A DNA stretch of 60,723 bases, the filler included, from Sphacelaria rigidula (taxonomy: Eukaryota): assembly GCA_964200075.2 (NCBI GenBank). It is 10 parts of 10 records of this genome, joined end to end, with 100 filler letters (N's around TTAATTAATTAA, not from the genome) between each part and the next. Parts side by side here need not be neighbours in the genome. Positions count along the whole stretch, not along the records: positions 18,250 to 24,231 come from CAXNAA020023021.1; positions 24,332 to 30,313 come from CAXNAA020023022.1; positions 30,414 to 36,395 come from CAXNAA020023023.1; 7 more parts are not named here. One strand, 5' to 3'. Of this stretch, positions 22,831 through 35,879 are shown one piece after another. The notes beneath the pieces are model-generated. The model searched no databases and was not told the DNA's origin. It saw only the letters and a program-made list of their open reading frames with translations. Numbering within the stretch: position 1 is the first letter of the stretch; every line of letters begins with the position of its first letter. Position numbers and translations under genes: made by a program.

Positions 22831-24331
22831 CACAGCACCAGCGGCGCACCGTGCCCGCCGCTCAGCCTACGCGCTTCACCGCATGACACGGTTTGAGATC
22901 CACAACCCGTTTGGCGTACTAATAGTACAACGTAGCTGTTGCAGCCTATAACGGCCGGCGGTGCAGTTGCTGATGTGTTTAGTTACGTTGATTCGCTGCT
23001 GCTGTCGCCGTGCACGCGCAATAGCATGTATTTTCATCACTATCTCACGGTCAACCGCCCGATTGTTGCGTTTACCGCGATGCAGCTCCGATTCTTTTCA
23101 CCGATGGAAAGAAGCTGTGGTTTCGTTCCGACCAAGCGATGCGCGAGATGAAGCGGGACTACAACCCTATTTGGGACAGGTATGTTAAACATAATAGCAT
23201 GTTTCACAGCAACACGATCTGATCCTTAGACCCCAGGAGCATGCTATATGTATATTTGAACAATGTCCGCGTTTACCCGGGAGCGACTCCCGCCGTAGGG
23301 TACCGATAATCGTTGAATGACGTTGCGGCTTGATGCACTACTTGCAGGGCGCGGGCGTGAGCCTGCGACCGTGTAATCTAAACGAACCAAGTCGGTATAG
23401 TGGTGCATGACTACAGCATGACAGACGTGAACCACAGCTGCGGACACGTTTGATGATAATTTCATGCTGTCTGTTGCACAATATTGTGCGAAACAAAACG
23501 CGGCGGCCAGGACACTTGCAAACGCAGCAGCGGAGCACAGCCTGCCAAAAAGGCCAGATTCGCATTATCCACCTAATTGTACCTAAAGTTCAAGGTAGCT
23601 TGTTCTTTTATTTTATTTCGAGCGTAGGTCTCTTCGATAGGAGCCGAAAGTGCGAGCGTCGGCAGATGTTGGTGAAATATGACACATCGTCCTCAAAACA
23701 CAGTATCGTACTTGGTGCTCGTCGGTGTCATCGGGCGATACGAGTAGACACATCGTTTATCCGGAGGGTCTCGGTGAGCGTGAAACGCAGGTTTTCGGCT
23801 CCAGTGAAATGATGGGGTAAAAATGGAGAAAATCGTCCATTTTTCATACTTTCACAAATACGATCGGTGCGTGCTCAATCGACTGAAAGTACCGAAGAAT
23901 CAGAATCCGGAGCTGACAACTGGCGGGACCCCCGATGACCGATCAGCGCGTACGTCACGGAATATTTAAAAGAGATATACAGTTTTTACTGGCCCGAATG
24001 CAAAGAACCTGAGAAAATCGCCAATGACGAGGGAAGTACTAAATACCCGACTTAGAATTTGAGACACTGTACGTCTGCAAGGGTCAAGTGATACGAGTCT
24101 CACAGTGGCACGGGCGCCACCCCCCCTCCACCTCCCTCTGGAAGTGGCGATACCGGAAAATAAAACAGCTCATTGTAGGCTGGCATCCAAATGCAAGATA
24201 ACCAGTAGGCTTCGGGCCGGTAAAAACTGTANNNNNNNNNNNNNNNNNNNNNNNNNNNNNNNNNNNNNNNNNNNNTTAATTAATTAANNNNNNNNNNNNN
24301 NNNNNNNNNNNNNNNNNNNNNNNNNNNNNNN

Positions 24332-24503
24332 AACAAAGTAGTCGACTGGGATTGTGTGGCGTGAGTTGACGCGGTGCGGAAGTGCTGACCCAATCCGCGA
24401 GACCAAAATAAAAGGCACATACCGGGGGAGATATGGATTGATCCCTTGAGACCACAGATTCATCCCGAGGAAGGGGAGGGGTTACAAGTGTGAGAAAAAA
24501 AAA
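24332..24503 (+). mobile_element. SINE family 1, 3' half
   Basis: Matches the body and A-tail of 21140-21316; the 5' part is cut by the contig start. Confidence 0.85.
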
Positions 24504-25315
24504 GAAGGAGACTTGATTAACTATGGATTTAGCCATGGTCACAAAATAGATGCACCCAAGGTAATCGAATGGCAGAGAGTCCCTGAGTTGAGCAAAGGTG
24601 TAGAATGAAAAGAGATTGTTCAGAATCAACAGAAACGGAACGGAACGGACAATTTCACGCCACGCTGAACATTACTGCCGATTCCAATACAAGACCCCAA
24701 TAGGTTCCTTCAAGGGCTTCATGTAGGGGGGAGAGAGGGGGGAGGAGATGCACAACAGCAGACGGTAGGACATGGAACCTTCGCGGCTTAGTGAGTCTTC
24801 CAAAACTACGGCTGAGTATCGCGATGTCGCTCCACGTGAGAAAAAGTTGGTGAGACGGAGAGGTGTGGAACGGGATCAGACAGCGGAGGAATGGCAGGAC
24901 AAAAGTCAAGAAATAAAAAACTGGGACTTGGCCTTATCAACAGCACAGCGAGTTCTACCCTGCAGATATTTGGCTCAAATATTGCGCCGATCCTCATCCC
25001 TATATACATTATTAATACATGCATCATATCTACATATGCTACATACATATAATATCTTCACATTTGAGTGAGGCTGGGCAACAACGTTTCGAATCTCGCG
25101 TCAACTAGGAGCTACTCAACTGTGGATCGTATTTTCACGGTTGCGCTACGGGTGTGTCTCGCTGCGTCTGTATGTGAAAGCTCCTCGTGGGTAGCTCGCA
25201 ACTACACGCTACATTCGACGACAAAGATCCCGCTGATATTCCCGAGCAATTCATTCCAGCGTCCTGTGCACACGACTTATCCCTAGTACAAAAGTTGGCG
25301 GCTAAGCAATAATAC

Positions 25316-25417
25316 CTTGATAGCGCGCGCGATTTTCTTGGCCTCGATGGCGGACTTGGCCTTGCGAATGGAATCCTTCAGTTCGGCATCATCTGTCTTG
25401 GAAGCCTGTAACGCATG
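25316..25417 (-). CDS. NADAR (YbiA-like) family protein, exon 3
   Basis: cag|HALQASKTDDAELKDSIRKAKSAIEAKKIARAIK|gtatt; 102 bp, phase 0/0. It joins the previous exon to give YPSVEHALQASK, matching the NADAR Y.(S/T).EH..QA.K motif, followed by IR.A.S...AK...R. Confidence 0.85.
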
Positions 25418-26404
25418 CTGATGGTGATGCCGGAACATGCAAAAGGAGAAAAAAGCAGAGGGCACAGCACGGAAACGTCGCTACGTGAAGCCTCCCTCAT
25501 GGCGTGCGACGTTAACCTTTACAGCGCCCAGTTGCGCAGGCGACCTTTTGTTGACCTGGCTATTTTTTTTCTGGGGGGGGGGGGGGATAGTTACTCTGAT
25601 GAAGGACAAACGACGCCGACATAAAAATAGGGGGTCTTGGTCCAGTGGGCGGTTGTCACCCACATATATATATTCATATATCCGTGTCGTGGTGAGTGTA
25701 GTGCAGAGTACAGCACCGTGCTATAAATGCCATATTGGGTTGCTGGAGATCAACATAGCGGTCGCCATGCCACCACCGCACGTGGTGAACTGCACGTACG
25801 AAGTTTTACAAGCCGTCTGCTATGGGCGCGTCGCTATGAGCGTCTTCGGAGCAGGCAGATGACGCCCCGAAACTCCCACTTGTGTGCTCAACCACGTAGA
25901 TACACTAATACACATGTCGTGCTGAAAATAAAAGACGCATGTCTGTCTGATCAGCGCCTGGGCACTATAAAAGGTCCATTAACGCACACAATTACCATAC
26001 TCGAAGAGTCCGTGACCATATTCTCGGAACAGAAAGTCTTGGGGGGCTGTAAGGGGTAACCCTTTCTTTGACTGCAAGGGTAGGCAGTCTGTAGAGTTGA
26101 CATCATTGCTATTGAGGAAGGAGTACAAAGCCCAGATGATCCACCCTGACGGTTGAAGGGCTAAAGCGTGCTAAACAGTGAATGCCACGAGGAGGCTACG
26201 AGATGTCGTCTCTCAATAGCAGGGCATTTATATCAACAGCCATCAGCTCCTCGAGAGATGCCCCGAGGATTTCGGGTGCGCGGCTTTTGCGGGTAGACAC
26301 CAATACAGCAGTACGCCGACAAAACGAGACGACCCACGGCAAAATGGTTACGCCGTGCACATGATTGATTATGCATCTTGGTATCTAATACAACATGTAA
26401 CTAC

Positions 26405-26527
26405 CTCGACGCTCGGGTAGGGCTCGCTGTCTCCTCGTAACGACACAGGGCAGCGGTAGGTGTTGGACAGGCACTCGTAGTCGCCCTCGAAGTGGCGGAT
26501 AGCATCTGAGTGCGAGTCGTGCTTCGG
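26405..26527 (-). CDS. NADAR (YbiA-like) family protein, exon 2
   Basis: tttcatcag|PKHDSHSDAIRHFEGDYECLSNTYRCPVSLRGDSEPYPSVE|gtagt; 123 bp. I..F.G.Y..LSN.Y is the NADAR N-terminal motif. Confidence 0.85.
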
Positions 26528-26810
26528 CTGATGAAAGCAGCACCGACAGGACCATAAGAAGGGGCACAGGAAGCGATTGATGAAGTTACATGATGCAACG
26601 GGTAATCCGTTCGAAGACATACATCGGAGGTCATGCTCATCGAAACTGACAACATCGTCCCTACTGTACCGTCGCTCACCACTATTCATCGTAACAACGT
26701 GCCTGCCCGGTGGGAGCTACAGGAGAGGACCAAACACCATGCCGACAGCTGTCATACACATGAAAATGTACCCGAAAGCACTTATGCTTATATTCACTTT
26801 TTCTTCTCAC

Positions 26811-26852
26811 TTTGGAGCGGATGATGTGAAGTTTGTCGGGATCCAGCGTCAT
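26811..26852 (-). CDS. NADAR family gene, probable exon 1
   Basis: ATG-initiated MTLDPDKLHIIRSK, then a GTGAGA donor; phase 0, compatible with exon 2. Confidence 0.6.
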
Positions 26853-27258
26853 GTCTTTCTCACAGCTCAAGCACAACAATACGCCTACGGCACGCAAAGC
26901 ACAGCACAGACTAAACGGCAGCATCGATACATATTGTAGTGGCATTCTCCCCGCAGTCATACTCCAAATTTGTAGCTTGAGTCATACTCCTTCACCCCGA
27001 TTCCGTTTTTCCTTTTTGGTTGACAGAGCTTGGACAGAGAGAAACAAAACTTCATGTACCATATATGATATACCTACTTCCGTAGTAGTATATATTTTCT
27101 GTCGGTTTTCATCAGGAAAAAAATATGCGATGTATTCCTTGTCGAGCTTGTTGACTCAACGGGGTTTCATGATCTGTATAGGTGTTAAAAAATAAAATAA
27201 AATCTGAGCGCACGATGGAACCACGATACCAGCCTGCTACACTTTCTGTTATAGCACG

Positions 27259-27536
27259 ATGGCTTGTGCGCGACTTGGCAGTATTGCTACCGCCAGGGGC
27301 TTCTCTCGCTCGTCTCTCCTTGGAGGGAGACAAGTCGCCGTAGCAACGAGAGCTGTGGACTTGCGAGCATCAACATCACCAGCATCATGCCAAGCACACA
27401 GTGATAGGAGTGCTTACCTGGGGCAACAGCACAGCAGCAACAACGTCATCAGCAGCCATCGGCAGTTCAGTAGCACTACCACCACCACCACCACACCCCC
27501 AGGCATGCCGACACCTTTGCCCTACAAGGAAACCAA
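27259..27536 (+). CDS. Probable first exon of a divergently transcribed gene with a mitochondrial-presequence-like N-terminus
   Basis: MACARLGSIATARGFSRSSLLGGRQVAVATRA...HRQFSSTTTT is R/S/A-rich and acid-poor, with an R-x-F-S-S cleavage-like motif. It ends at a GTAAGA donor. Confidence 0.6.
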
Positions 27537-28956
27537 GTAAGAAGGAATAAAGAGCCTCAATACCTGTAACGTGTTCATCACTGGCGGCCAGAGGAGGCTC
27601 TTTTGATGTGTTCAACGAAAATGCGGCGTATTTTGTGTGTATCCGTTCCTCCCCGACCGCTGACAGCTGCGCGGCGTTTCACATGCCCGAGGGCTGCTGA
27701 TACCGAAGCGCTCAGCACAAGCATTCTCAGCCAAAGCTGTGCGGTCGTCAGCGATAACACTTGGGGATGCATTGATGTCGAAGAGTGAATGATTGTCTGC
27801 AGCAGCCCGTGGAATGGCAACGGCATGGGAGCGGAAATGGTGCCTTTCAAGGGTCGGGCGAATTGATTCATCTGAAAATTACTTGCTTTTAGTACAAGTA
27901 TCATTGATCCGAGCCGTACGAGTCAATCTTTGGTCTTGTTTCTCAGCGTTCCACCCTGGGTGCATGAAAAAGCGCGAAGTTTGCAAGAAGACTTTTTCTC
28001 CCCATGGTTAATGCTTTTATCTCTTTCGAGTAATCAGGCCTCCAAAATCGTAGATTTGTTGACTCGAACCAACGATGATTTGTCCGATCGTTGGCATGGC
28101 CCCTAATATGCTCATCATAGTTCAGGACCAAAAACATCGATCTTACTACAGTACGAGTACTCACTTACACTCTATTCCACGCCGAAGTCTCGCGGGCTCA
28201 ATTCTAACTCAAATCGAGGCAGAAAGCATATTCCGACTGGACATCGGGGGGAGAAGCCTCGTCCGATGTGCCTTTTGCGACATAAAGCCTCCTTGCATCG
28301 GGCTTCCATTGGAAAATGACTGTTGGGAAATCTGCACTGCCAGATAGGGGTATCAAAGGGAGTGTCATCAGAAAAGGCAAATATGACTGCCGCCTCTATT
28401 GACCCGACCCGCATACTAATGACCCGGCCCTGTCAACCTGGAGACTCTCATCCGCCGATTCCCAGTCGGGACCATGGTCATGCTCTTCACTCTGGGCGTT
28501 GTCACCCAACACCCACCGTCTGTTACTTCATCTCCTTCCCTAAGCCCCACCTGTGCAAGGCTTACCGACCTCTAGTCCACGTCACGTTCCTGCACGCTCC
28601 TTACACTGTACACTCAGTGAGAAGCTATGACCCGTCATGGGTGTATTGGGTAGGGCAAGTATCCGGTTATTTACTGCCCCCTTTTTTGTGTTGCGATTGT
28701 TGGATCCCCAAGCTCTACCCATATGCTGTGTATTGTTGAGTATGATGTCAATACTCGACCCGAGTTTTGAGCACCTGAGCGTACGATGGTTTAAAATACT
28801 CAAATGTGAGAAATACCCTGTTATATCCAATACACCCTTGCAACCTATACACTCAGTGTGCTGGATTAGATATAGATAGGCCATACGCGTTGTCCACGAG
28901 CCCTCTTTATTTGGCGTCGACGGTAGGACACAAACCTAAGCCTACGCATGAAATCA

Positions 28957-29102
28957 CCACACCCTGGACAACAGATTAGGTTTTCAACAAGTGTACTGCG
29001 AACAGTATCGACTAGTGTATCTATTGCAAAAGCCGAAAGATCTCATACTGTACACAGTACACATTTTGACAACGTAACCTATTGTCACCATCCAGGCTGT
29101 GG
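28957..29102. mobile_element. ~145-bp hairpin MITE (second copy 41931-42070)
   Basis: Termini CCACACCCTGGA / TCCAGGCTGTGG; inner inverted pair GTGTACTGCGAACAGTAT / ATACTGTACACAGTACAC. Confidence 0.75.
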
Positions 29103-30413
29103 GAATCACAATGGATTTTCAACAAGTTGTTTAGTATCGTTTCTTGCCATTGTTACGTACTGGTTGTGCTCGGCATACGTTCTTGGCTACACATGTATCG
29201 TACACCTCGTACGAGTACTGGTTCCCGAAGTTGTGGATCAGAATAACATGGTTTATTTTCGTTTTTGTCAAAAATAGGGCGACTACCGCACCCTAATATT
29301 AGGACTTGGCAATGTGGATATTTATTCATGTAAACAGCTGGTGTGTACATCGAACCGACCGTTAGTCTTCAGCCGTCGCGTCACATTTGTATGAGTATAT
29401 TGTGTATCTTTTTTTAAAGATTGTCTGGAGGGTGATGAGGGGGCGATTTTCTGTCGAGGATAGCATATTGGTGCAATCGCAACCAAGTCTTCCTTTTCAT
29501 CGCAAAGTCTTGTCATTCCACCCTTCGTATTGTCCATATTTTTTCATTTATTTTAGTTCTTCACGACAAAAGACACGTCTGTCGATTTGGATACGTACTT
29601 CATCCATATGCATGATTGTACATGATCTTATTTAGTCATTGTCTTCCACATACATTTGTTTGCTTGTCTGTTATCGAGTTTCACATAGTGCAACTACTGT
29701 ATACAATATATATATATATGTTTGTCTACTGTTGTGTCGCTCATTTTGCGTGTTTTGTTTCATCGTCTTCATAACTGCTGCACAACACTTAATTACGGTA
29801 TAAAAATTTGCTTCTATTCGTGAATTGGGCAAACTCATTTTTCCTGAACCGGTCACACATCGAGGATGTTTTGCTCCGATGGTACCAAGAAACCATATTG
29901 ACCCCACGTCTAGTACCCATTGGTCCAGCGAAGTTAACAAGAAAAAAAATCGGCTTCCTCACTTTTTGTATGAGGCCGCTTCTTATAGACTGAAAAAAGT
30001 CTCTGAAAAAAGTCATTTTGGACGACTCTTCCGAGAGACTTTCTCCAGAGAAATCAGTTTTCAGAACCCCACCTTTTAGTCTACGAAAAAATCCTGGGGA
30101 TTTGTACACCCGAGGCCATCATCTAGCCTGCGTGCAGACGCTGGTAGTGGTCATCATTTGCATTTTGTACTTGTGCCACCTGCGGCGAGCCCGCGGTAAA
30201 CCTACATGTCAATATTCCTGTCAAAGTACAGGATGGATGAGACGACAACACACACACGCACACGCACACGCACAGTAGCTACTGGTATAATAGGGATCGA
30301 AATGATGGGCGTANNNNNNNNNNNNNNNNNNNNNNNNNNNNNNNNNNNNNNNNNNNNTTAATTAATTAANNNNNNNNNNNNNNNNNNNNNNNNNNNNNNN
30401 NNNNNNNNNNNNN

Positions 30414-30472
30414 CACTTAAAGCGAATTATCAAAGCCACTCTCAATCGTATCATCTACTCTCAATCTCACGA
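30414..30472 (+). mobile_element. MITE family A, terminal fragment
   Basis: GCCACTCTCAATC...CTACTCTCAATCTCACGAAAAC matches the end of the other family A copies. Confidence 0.7.
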
Positions 30473-30655
30473 AAACACTGTCAATGGTGCTTCCCCATAT
30501 ACCCTCTGGGGGAACAGAATACTGGAAACGCCCCAAATGAAAGTAATAGTGTTTTTACGGAGTACGGGGAGGGGAGGTCGTCCATATGGAATTAATTCAT
30601 GACTTCAGGTAAGGGAAAACATTGTTTTGGGGTTGAACCTCCTGTAACACGGTGG

Positions 30656-31061
30656 ATTCTCGAAAATGGGGTTGGGAGAAAAATGAGGTTCGACTCAAAA
30701 ACCGTGCTTTCCCTGACCTGAATTAATGACGAATGACTTTCATACGGACGACCTCATCCCTCCCGACCTCCCTGAAACTATTTCGGGGGGTTTCTAGGCT
30801 TCCGTTCTCCCACAGGGTATGTGCGAAAGTACACTTTCACCTCGATTTCGGGGTGAAAAAAAAACGTTTTTTGGCCCAACAGTCGTGCTTTCGCACACAC
30901 CCTTTGGGAAACGGAAGGCTAGAAATCCCCCGAAATAGTTTTAGGCAGGTCGGGAGGGATGGGATCGTCCACATGAAAGTCATTTGTCATAAAGTTAGTT
31001 CGTGGAAAGCACGGCTTTTGAGTTGAACCTCACTTCTTCTTTCAACCCCATTTTCGAGAAT
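30656..31061. mobile_element. Fold-back element with ~175-bp inverted arms
   Basis: 30656-30832 and 30885-31061 are imperfect reverse complements (ATTCTCGAAAATGGGGTTG / CAACCCCATTTTCGAGAAT). An additional older arm fragment lies at ~30490-30645. Confidence 0.85.
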
Positions 31062-31369
31062 TAATCGTTTTTATATATTCGAATCCATTCCTCAGAATAC
31101 TCTGTTGGCCGCCCCTGATCCATCCACTCTCAACAGGATGTCCGTGAGATGGGGGGTATGTTTTCAAAAAAAGAGATAACTACGAGCTGGGCCAGCAGTA
31201 CATCCCGCATTTGCATGTCACACCATACCTTGTCAAGAGTACCAAATCAGCCCGACTCGAGTATATCGGTGTGACCTGCAGACCAACGAGGATACGCACG
31301 GGACCGCCGCTGAGTGAAAAAAAATGAAAAAAAAAATGTACTGCACAATGTATCACGTAGCCGACGGAA

Positions 31370-31457
31370 CAAAGAAAAAAGGAGTATGTCGGGATTGGAA
31401 CTCGTGACCTCCATAACTGGAGCCTACTGCGTCGCTTGGATTAAAGGGGCCCAGCCG
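31370..31457 (-). mobile_element. SINE-like head, family 2 (copy 2)
   Basis: The reverse complement is homologous to 18459-18545. Confidence 0.6.
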
Positions 31458-34400
31458 TGCCACACGAAAGGTTGGATGCTGCGCCAAATTTCTGGGATGT
31501 TTGGCCAAAATTGTGCCAGGATCTCCTCCACACGAGGACTCACAACTACACTAGGGATGCCCCATTATTTCTTTATTTTCACGGAGTTATAGAACTCTTC
31601 TTGTTTTTGCAAAAACTTCGAATCGCTCCTTCTGTTTTTTTTTCCTTCTTGGCATCCCCGGGAAGGTTGTGCGTAGTGCTGATCCAAATGTTGCGTAAAA
31701 CTTTCAGCGCCCAACGCTACGGATTACTCACCGCCCGGCCCGGTTACATTCGCAAATCACTGTCAGCTGGTCCAACCTTGTGGAGGTTTTCCGCAACGGC
31801 GGTGGCCGTGACCGATCGAGAGCTTTCATAACGGAACTTTCGCCTACTGAGTGCGCGGTCAGGAAGAGAAATACAAATACAGTAAAAATCGTGTGGACCG
31901 CTATGAGCCATGACCGAAATGTGAGGCGAGCAGTCTGCGACATATTTAATGAATATGCTGAAAGCTTTTACCTCATTTGTAATCGCGAATTGAAACATTA
32001 TCTGATGCCAACGCCCGAATAATTAAACTGGCCCCATTTTGGAGGTGGTCACGTACTTTCCGCTGCAAATGCTCTTAATCGGTCTTCATTGCCTCTAAAA
32101 TTGCGAAAAAAAACTCTCTGATCCTCCATTATTTGAAAATATGTCCGTCATCTGACGAATGTTCCGGGTATTTCTTACCGGGGGGCCTTGGCAAACCGCC
32201 TCGACTTCCTCTGAAATAATCAATACCTTGCAACACAACAGAACTCCGGTTGCGCGGACGAACGCGATATGGGAATACTGAAACGCGGAGGGCGGCGTTA
32301 ACCCGCGCGAAGACGCTGATGAGTAAATGAAGGTTACGATGACATGATGCTGGCCGAAGGTGGCCCAAACACGGTACATACAGGGTGAGATAATTTGACA
32401 CCCCGACTGCCAACTCCCCTCATGCCCCAAGTCTTAGGTCTAGTGGTCGGGAGCGTGCGTGAAAGTTGTGCTTACCACGACCTTTAGTGACCAAAAATTC
32501 ACCAAAAATAAGAGAAATATATAATTGTACGGCTAAACCCCTCGCGTCACTGCACTGTACGAGTACATAACGTGTTCCTCTACATAAACCGACGGGACTG
32601 GTGCAGGCGATGAGGCCTGTGTGTCTCATGATTTACTTATCTCACGAATGTGGGATGGATTTACTTTATAAGGTAAGTTCAACCTTCACTTTGCCTAGCC
32701 TGCGAACGGTGGATGCTCGGGCAAGGGCTTCTCACTCGGGCGGGCTGCCCCCCGACGTGTGATACGCCTCGTGGCTACTGTAGAACTTGAACGGATCGGA
32801 CACTGGGCTGAATGACGGACCCGTTCATTGGACTGGCGAACGGGGAGCGCTGTAACTTGCTTACCAAATGAGCCCGAACGGTATTACCATCACCAATGGC
32901 GATGTTCAAGACACACAGTCCGGACGTGCCAATTCAACGTCAGGATCCTCAGCATTCAATGCCAATCCATAAACTGCATATCTGGCGAAAGCAGGAGCTT
33001 CCATATCTCAACGAAATATTTCTCAAACTGCCCGCTATGCCCGTCATATTTCACGAATGTATATATCTTTGTCCAACAAGAAACTGCGTGTCACCGTACT
33101 CTGGATGTGTTATACTACATACCAACCAGGACATATTGTGACACGTGGCAGCGCTCAGAGACCACGAACCACAAAACCTCCCCTACACAGGCACACAGAG
33201 TACGATTTGCCATGCGTTCGTGTGTTACACCCGCAATAGCAAAGCTCAAAACGTCATCGGAGCGGACCCGCAGTGGTTGGGATCTGCCACGAACGCTCTA
33301 CGGAGAACATCACATCTGACGGTTTTGCGAGCGGAACCTCCGCTCTCATCGACCACAGTCGCGATCGGTCGCCACCGTCGAACAGGGTGGCGCTGAGCCA
33401 TGCGCGCCGCCCTGTGTGCACCCGAAGCGACACGCCTAATCCCCTCAAGGCAGACCGGTTAGGCATCCCCTGCGACCAATCCCACACGACGCTTCGCTGC
33501 TGCAATGACATTCTGGCATATCAGAGGAGGGGGGTAGGGAAGGGGCAGTCGGGACTATGACAACAGCGAGAGGGGGCAGTAACTCTGCCCTAATTAGGGC
33601 TGTGCATGGCATCGATATATCGCTTGGTACCGGCATCCCCAATTCGTCGTGACCAGATGTAAAGTGTGATGTATAGATCATTCTCCAACAGATTATGGTC
33701 CAATTGTGATTGGTTTTGCACTCTCGCCTAGCGCCTGAAGGTGCCACCACAATATTGCCCAGATGTACTGGCTTCGCCGGTACGTACGATATCACAAAAT
33801 CCTAACCGTACACACAATCCTAACCCTGACGCACTCTGTGAAATCGCGACGACCAACGATCAGAACACAACATGGGTGATGGAAAATAATGTTTACAATG
33901 TTTTTGCAAGTACAAACTCTCATTGATATGAAATGACTCATTCTTTGTTTTTCGTATTTCAGTTCTCAACATTTTGATAAATGGACCAGATACCTCGCTT
34001 TGAGCAAGCATCGACGTTCAAAATAGTGAGCATACAAAATAGTATCGTGCTTTGTTACATGTTGTGCAATGTTCTAACCACCAGGCAAGGTCGCACGGTA
34101 ACTCCCGAGGAGCAGTTACACCCATGCCTTACCCTGAGGTGACAGCGACAGAGCCACCACCGAGACATACGATAGCCCACGGTGGAGAAGGCCTTGGGCC
34201 TTTCAGTGTACTTTTGGTTGTTTTTGGTCACGTCCGTGTGCAGAAATGGCCGAAATATGCGTCGAAATAAATCTCCACGTGCTTCGAAAGATTTCTCAGA
34301 GACGCGCGAAGTGCCCGCACATCCCCCTTTCAACATCGAACGGTTCTCTGTAAAAAATTGTGCATACTGTACCCGATTAAATCGAAACGAGGTGCCAACC

Positions 34401-35845
34401 CGTCTGTATATCCATGCTGCATTTGACTTCATAGGGTCATGTCTTCTACTCCGTGTAAGATGAAGCGGCACAACACAACAAAGTTTGCACGTTGCTTCGG
34501 CATCTTGAAGCGAGTGAAAACTGTCACCACTGAAGCGGTTGGGTTTGCGCAGTGAATGAACGTCGATTTGGACGATGCATTCGCTTCATTTTGTTGTCGT
34601 AGGAGACGTTACTGTGTCACGTTCCGGCTTTTGCAAAAATTGACTACTTACATCATTTCTTCACTTTGAAAATGCCATCATGATGAGCTAGTCCAAGATA
34701 TATGTTCCAGGTAACGACTTGGACACAAAAGTGAGGTAGGTGCTTAAGGGCATTCTATGGGGTATTATTGGGGCAGTTTTTTCCAGACTTCTCAGACTTT
34801 TTCAGACAAGAAAGAGTTTTCCGAAAACTGTGACAGAAGGTTCTTCTCCTGGGTCAAGGAGTAGATCAATCTAACCCTTGGACAGCGACCCCTCTCAGGT
34901 GAACTGACAAGGACTACGAGCTGGGTCAGCCTAAAAACGGAATTAAGCTCTGAAGCAATATTTCATCGACACAAACGAGTTGGGCCGTGATCCGCATATC
35001 AAATTAATCGTCCAATCAAGGGAAAGGTGCACATCTGCTCGAAAATCTGGGCCAATATTCTCTCGTTGATGAAACCCCATGTCTAGTCATTCCTATACCG
35101 TACGGAAATAGCGTCCACACCAAAATCTATGAGGAACCCCGAACGATACATTCAACGGATGATGACAATTTTTTGTGTGGACCTTCCCTGGACCACGAGG
35201 AGACTGTAGATACCCTTATCTTAACCTAATTCGTAATCTATCTCGAGATATGGCGCACATCATTTTCGATACTAAAATCAACATATGACGAGCAGAGGCA
35301 CTAGATGCCCTAAATTCGGATATCGCGTCTCAGTTTCTGCGGGTTGTGCTAAGAAATTTCGTATGGAGAACCGCTAGTGCAAGATAGAAATTTTAATAAA
35401 AGCTTTTAACCTTGTGCTCGTTTTTTTTCTTCATTTTTCTCGTGTTTTTAGGGGAGTTTCGAGGAGAAATGAACATTGCTCTTCGGCCTCATCTCCAGTG
35501 ATCAGCTCAATTTTTAGAATTCTGAATTGAAACTTAGCATGGAGAACCACAGAGGTATGCTGGGAAAAAAAAAAAGGCCTCAATTTTTTGGGGGGGAGAG
35601 GAGAGGTTCGGGCGTTCTCGTAAAAAAATGGTCGTTACCATCCTAAAACGTCCTAAACCAGCGAAAAAAATTAATAAAATCAACCTCATATATTTTCTTA
35701 GTTCATCCTGACCTAGCGAGGTCCCGCACAAAGTTTCAATAAACGAATACCAAACGTGGGCCGGTAAATGGCCTGCAAAATACTGCTCCGAATTTCCACC
35801 AGCCCGGGTAAAAAAAGGCAAATTCGCACTCAACAGGGCATAAAA

Positions 35846-35879
<34 letters not shown>

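Noticed and set aside
28152..28347. Exon 2 of the presequence gene as mitochondrial ribosomal protein L19
   Set aside because: Frame-compatible and faintly similar, but there is no convincing donor site or diagnostic motif.
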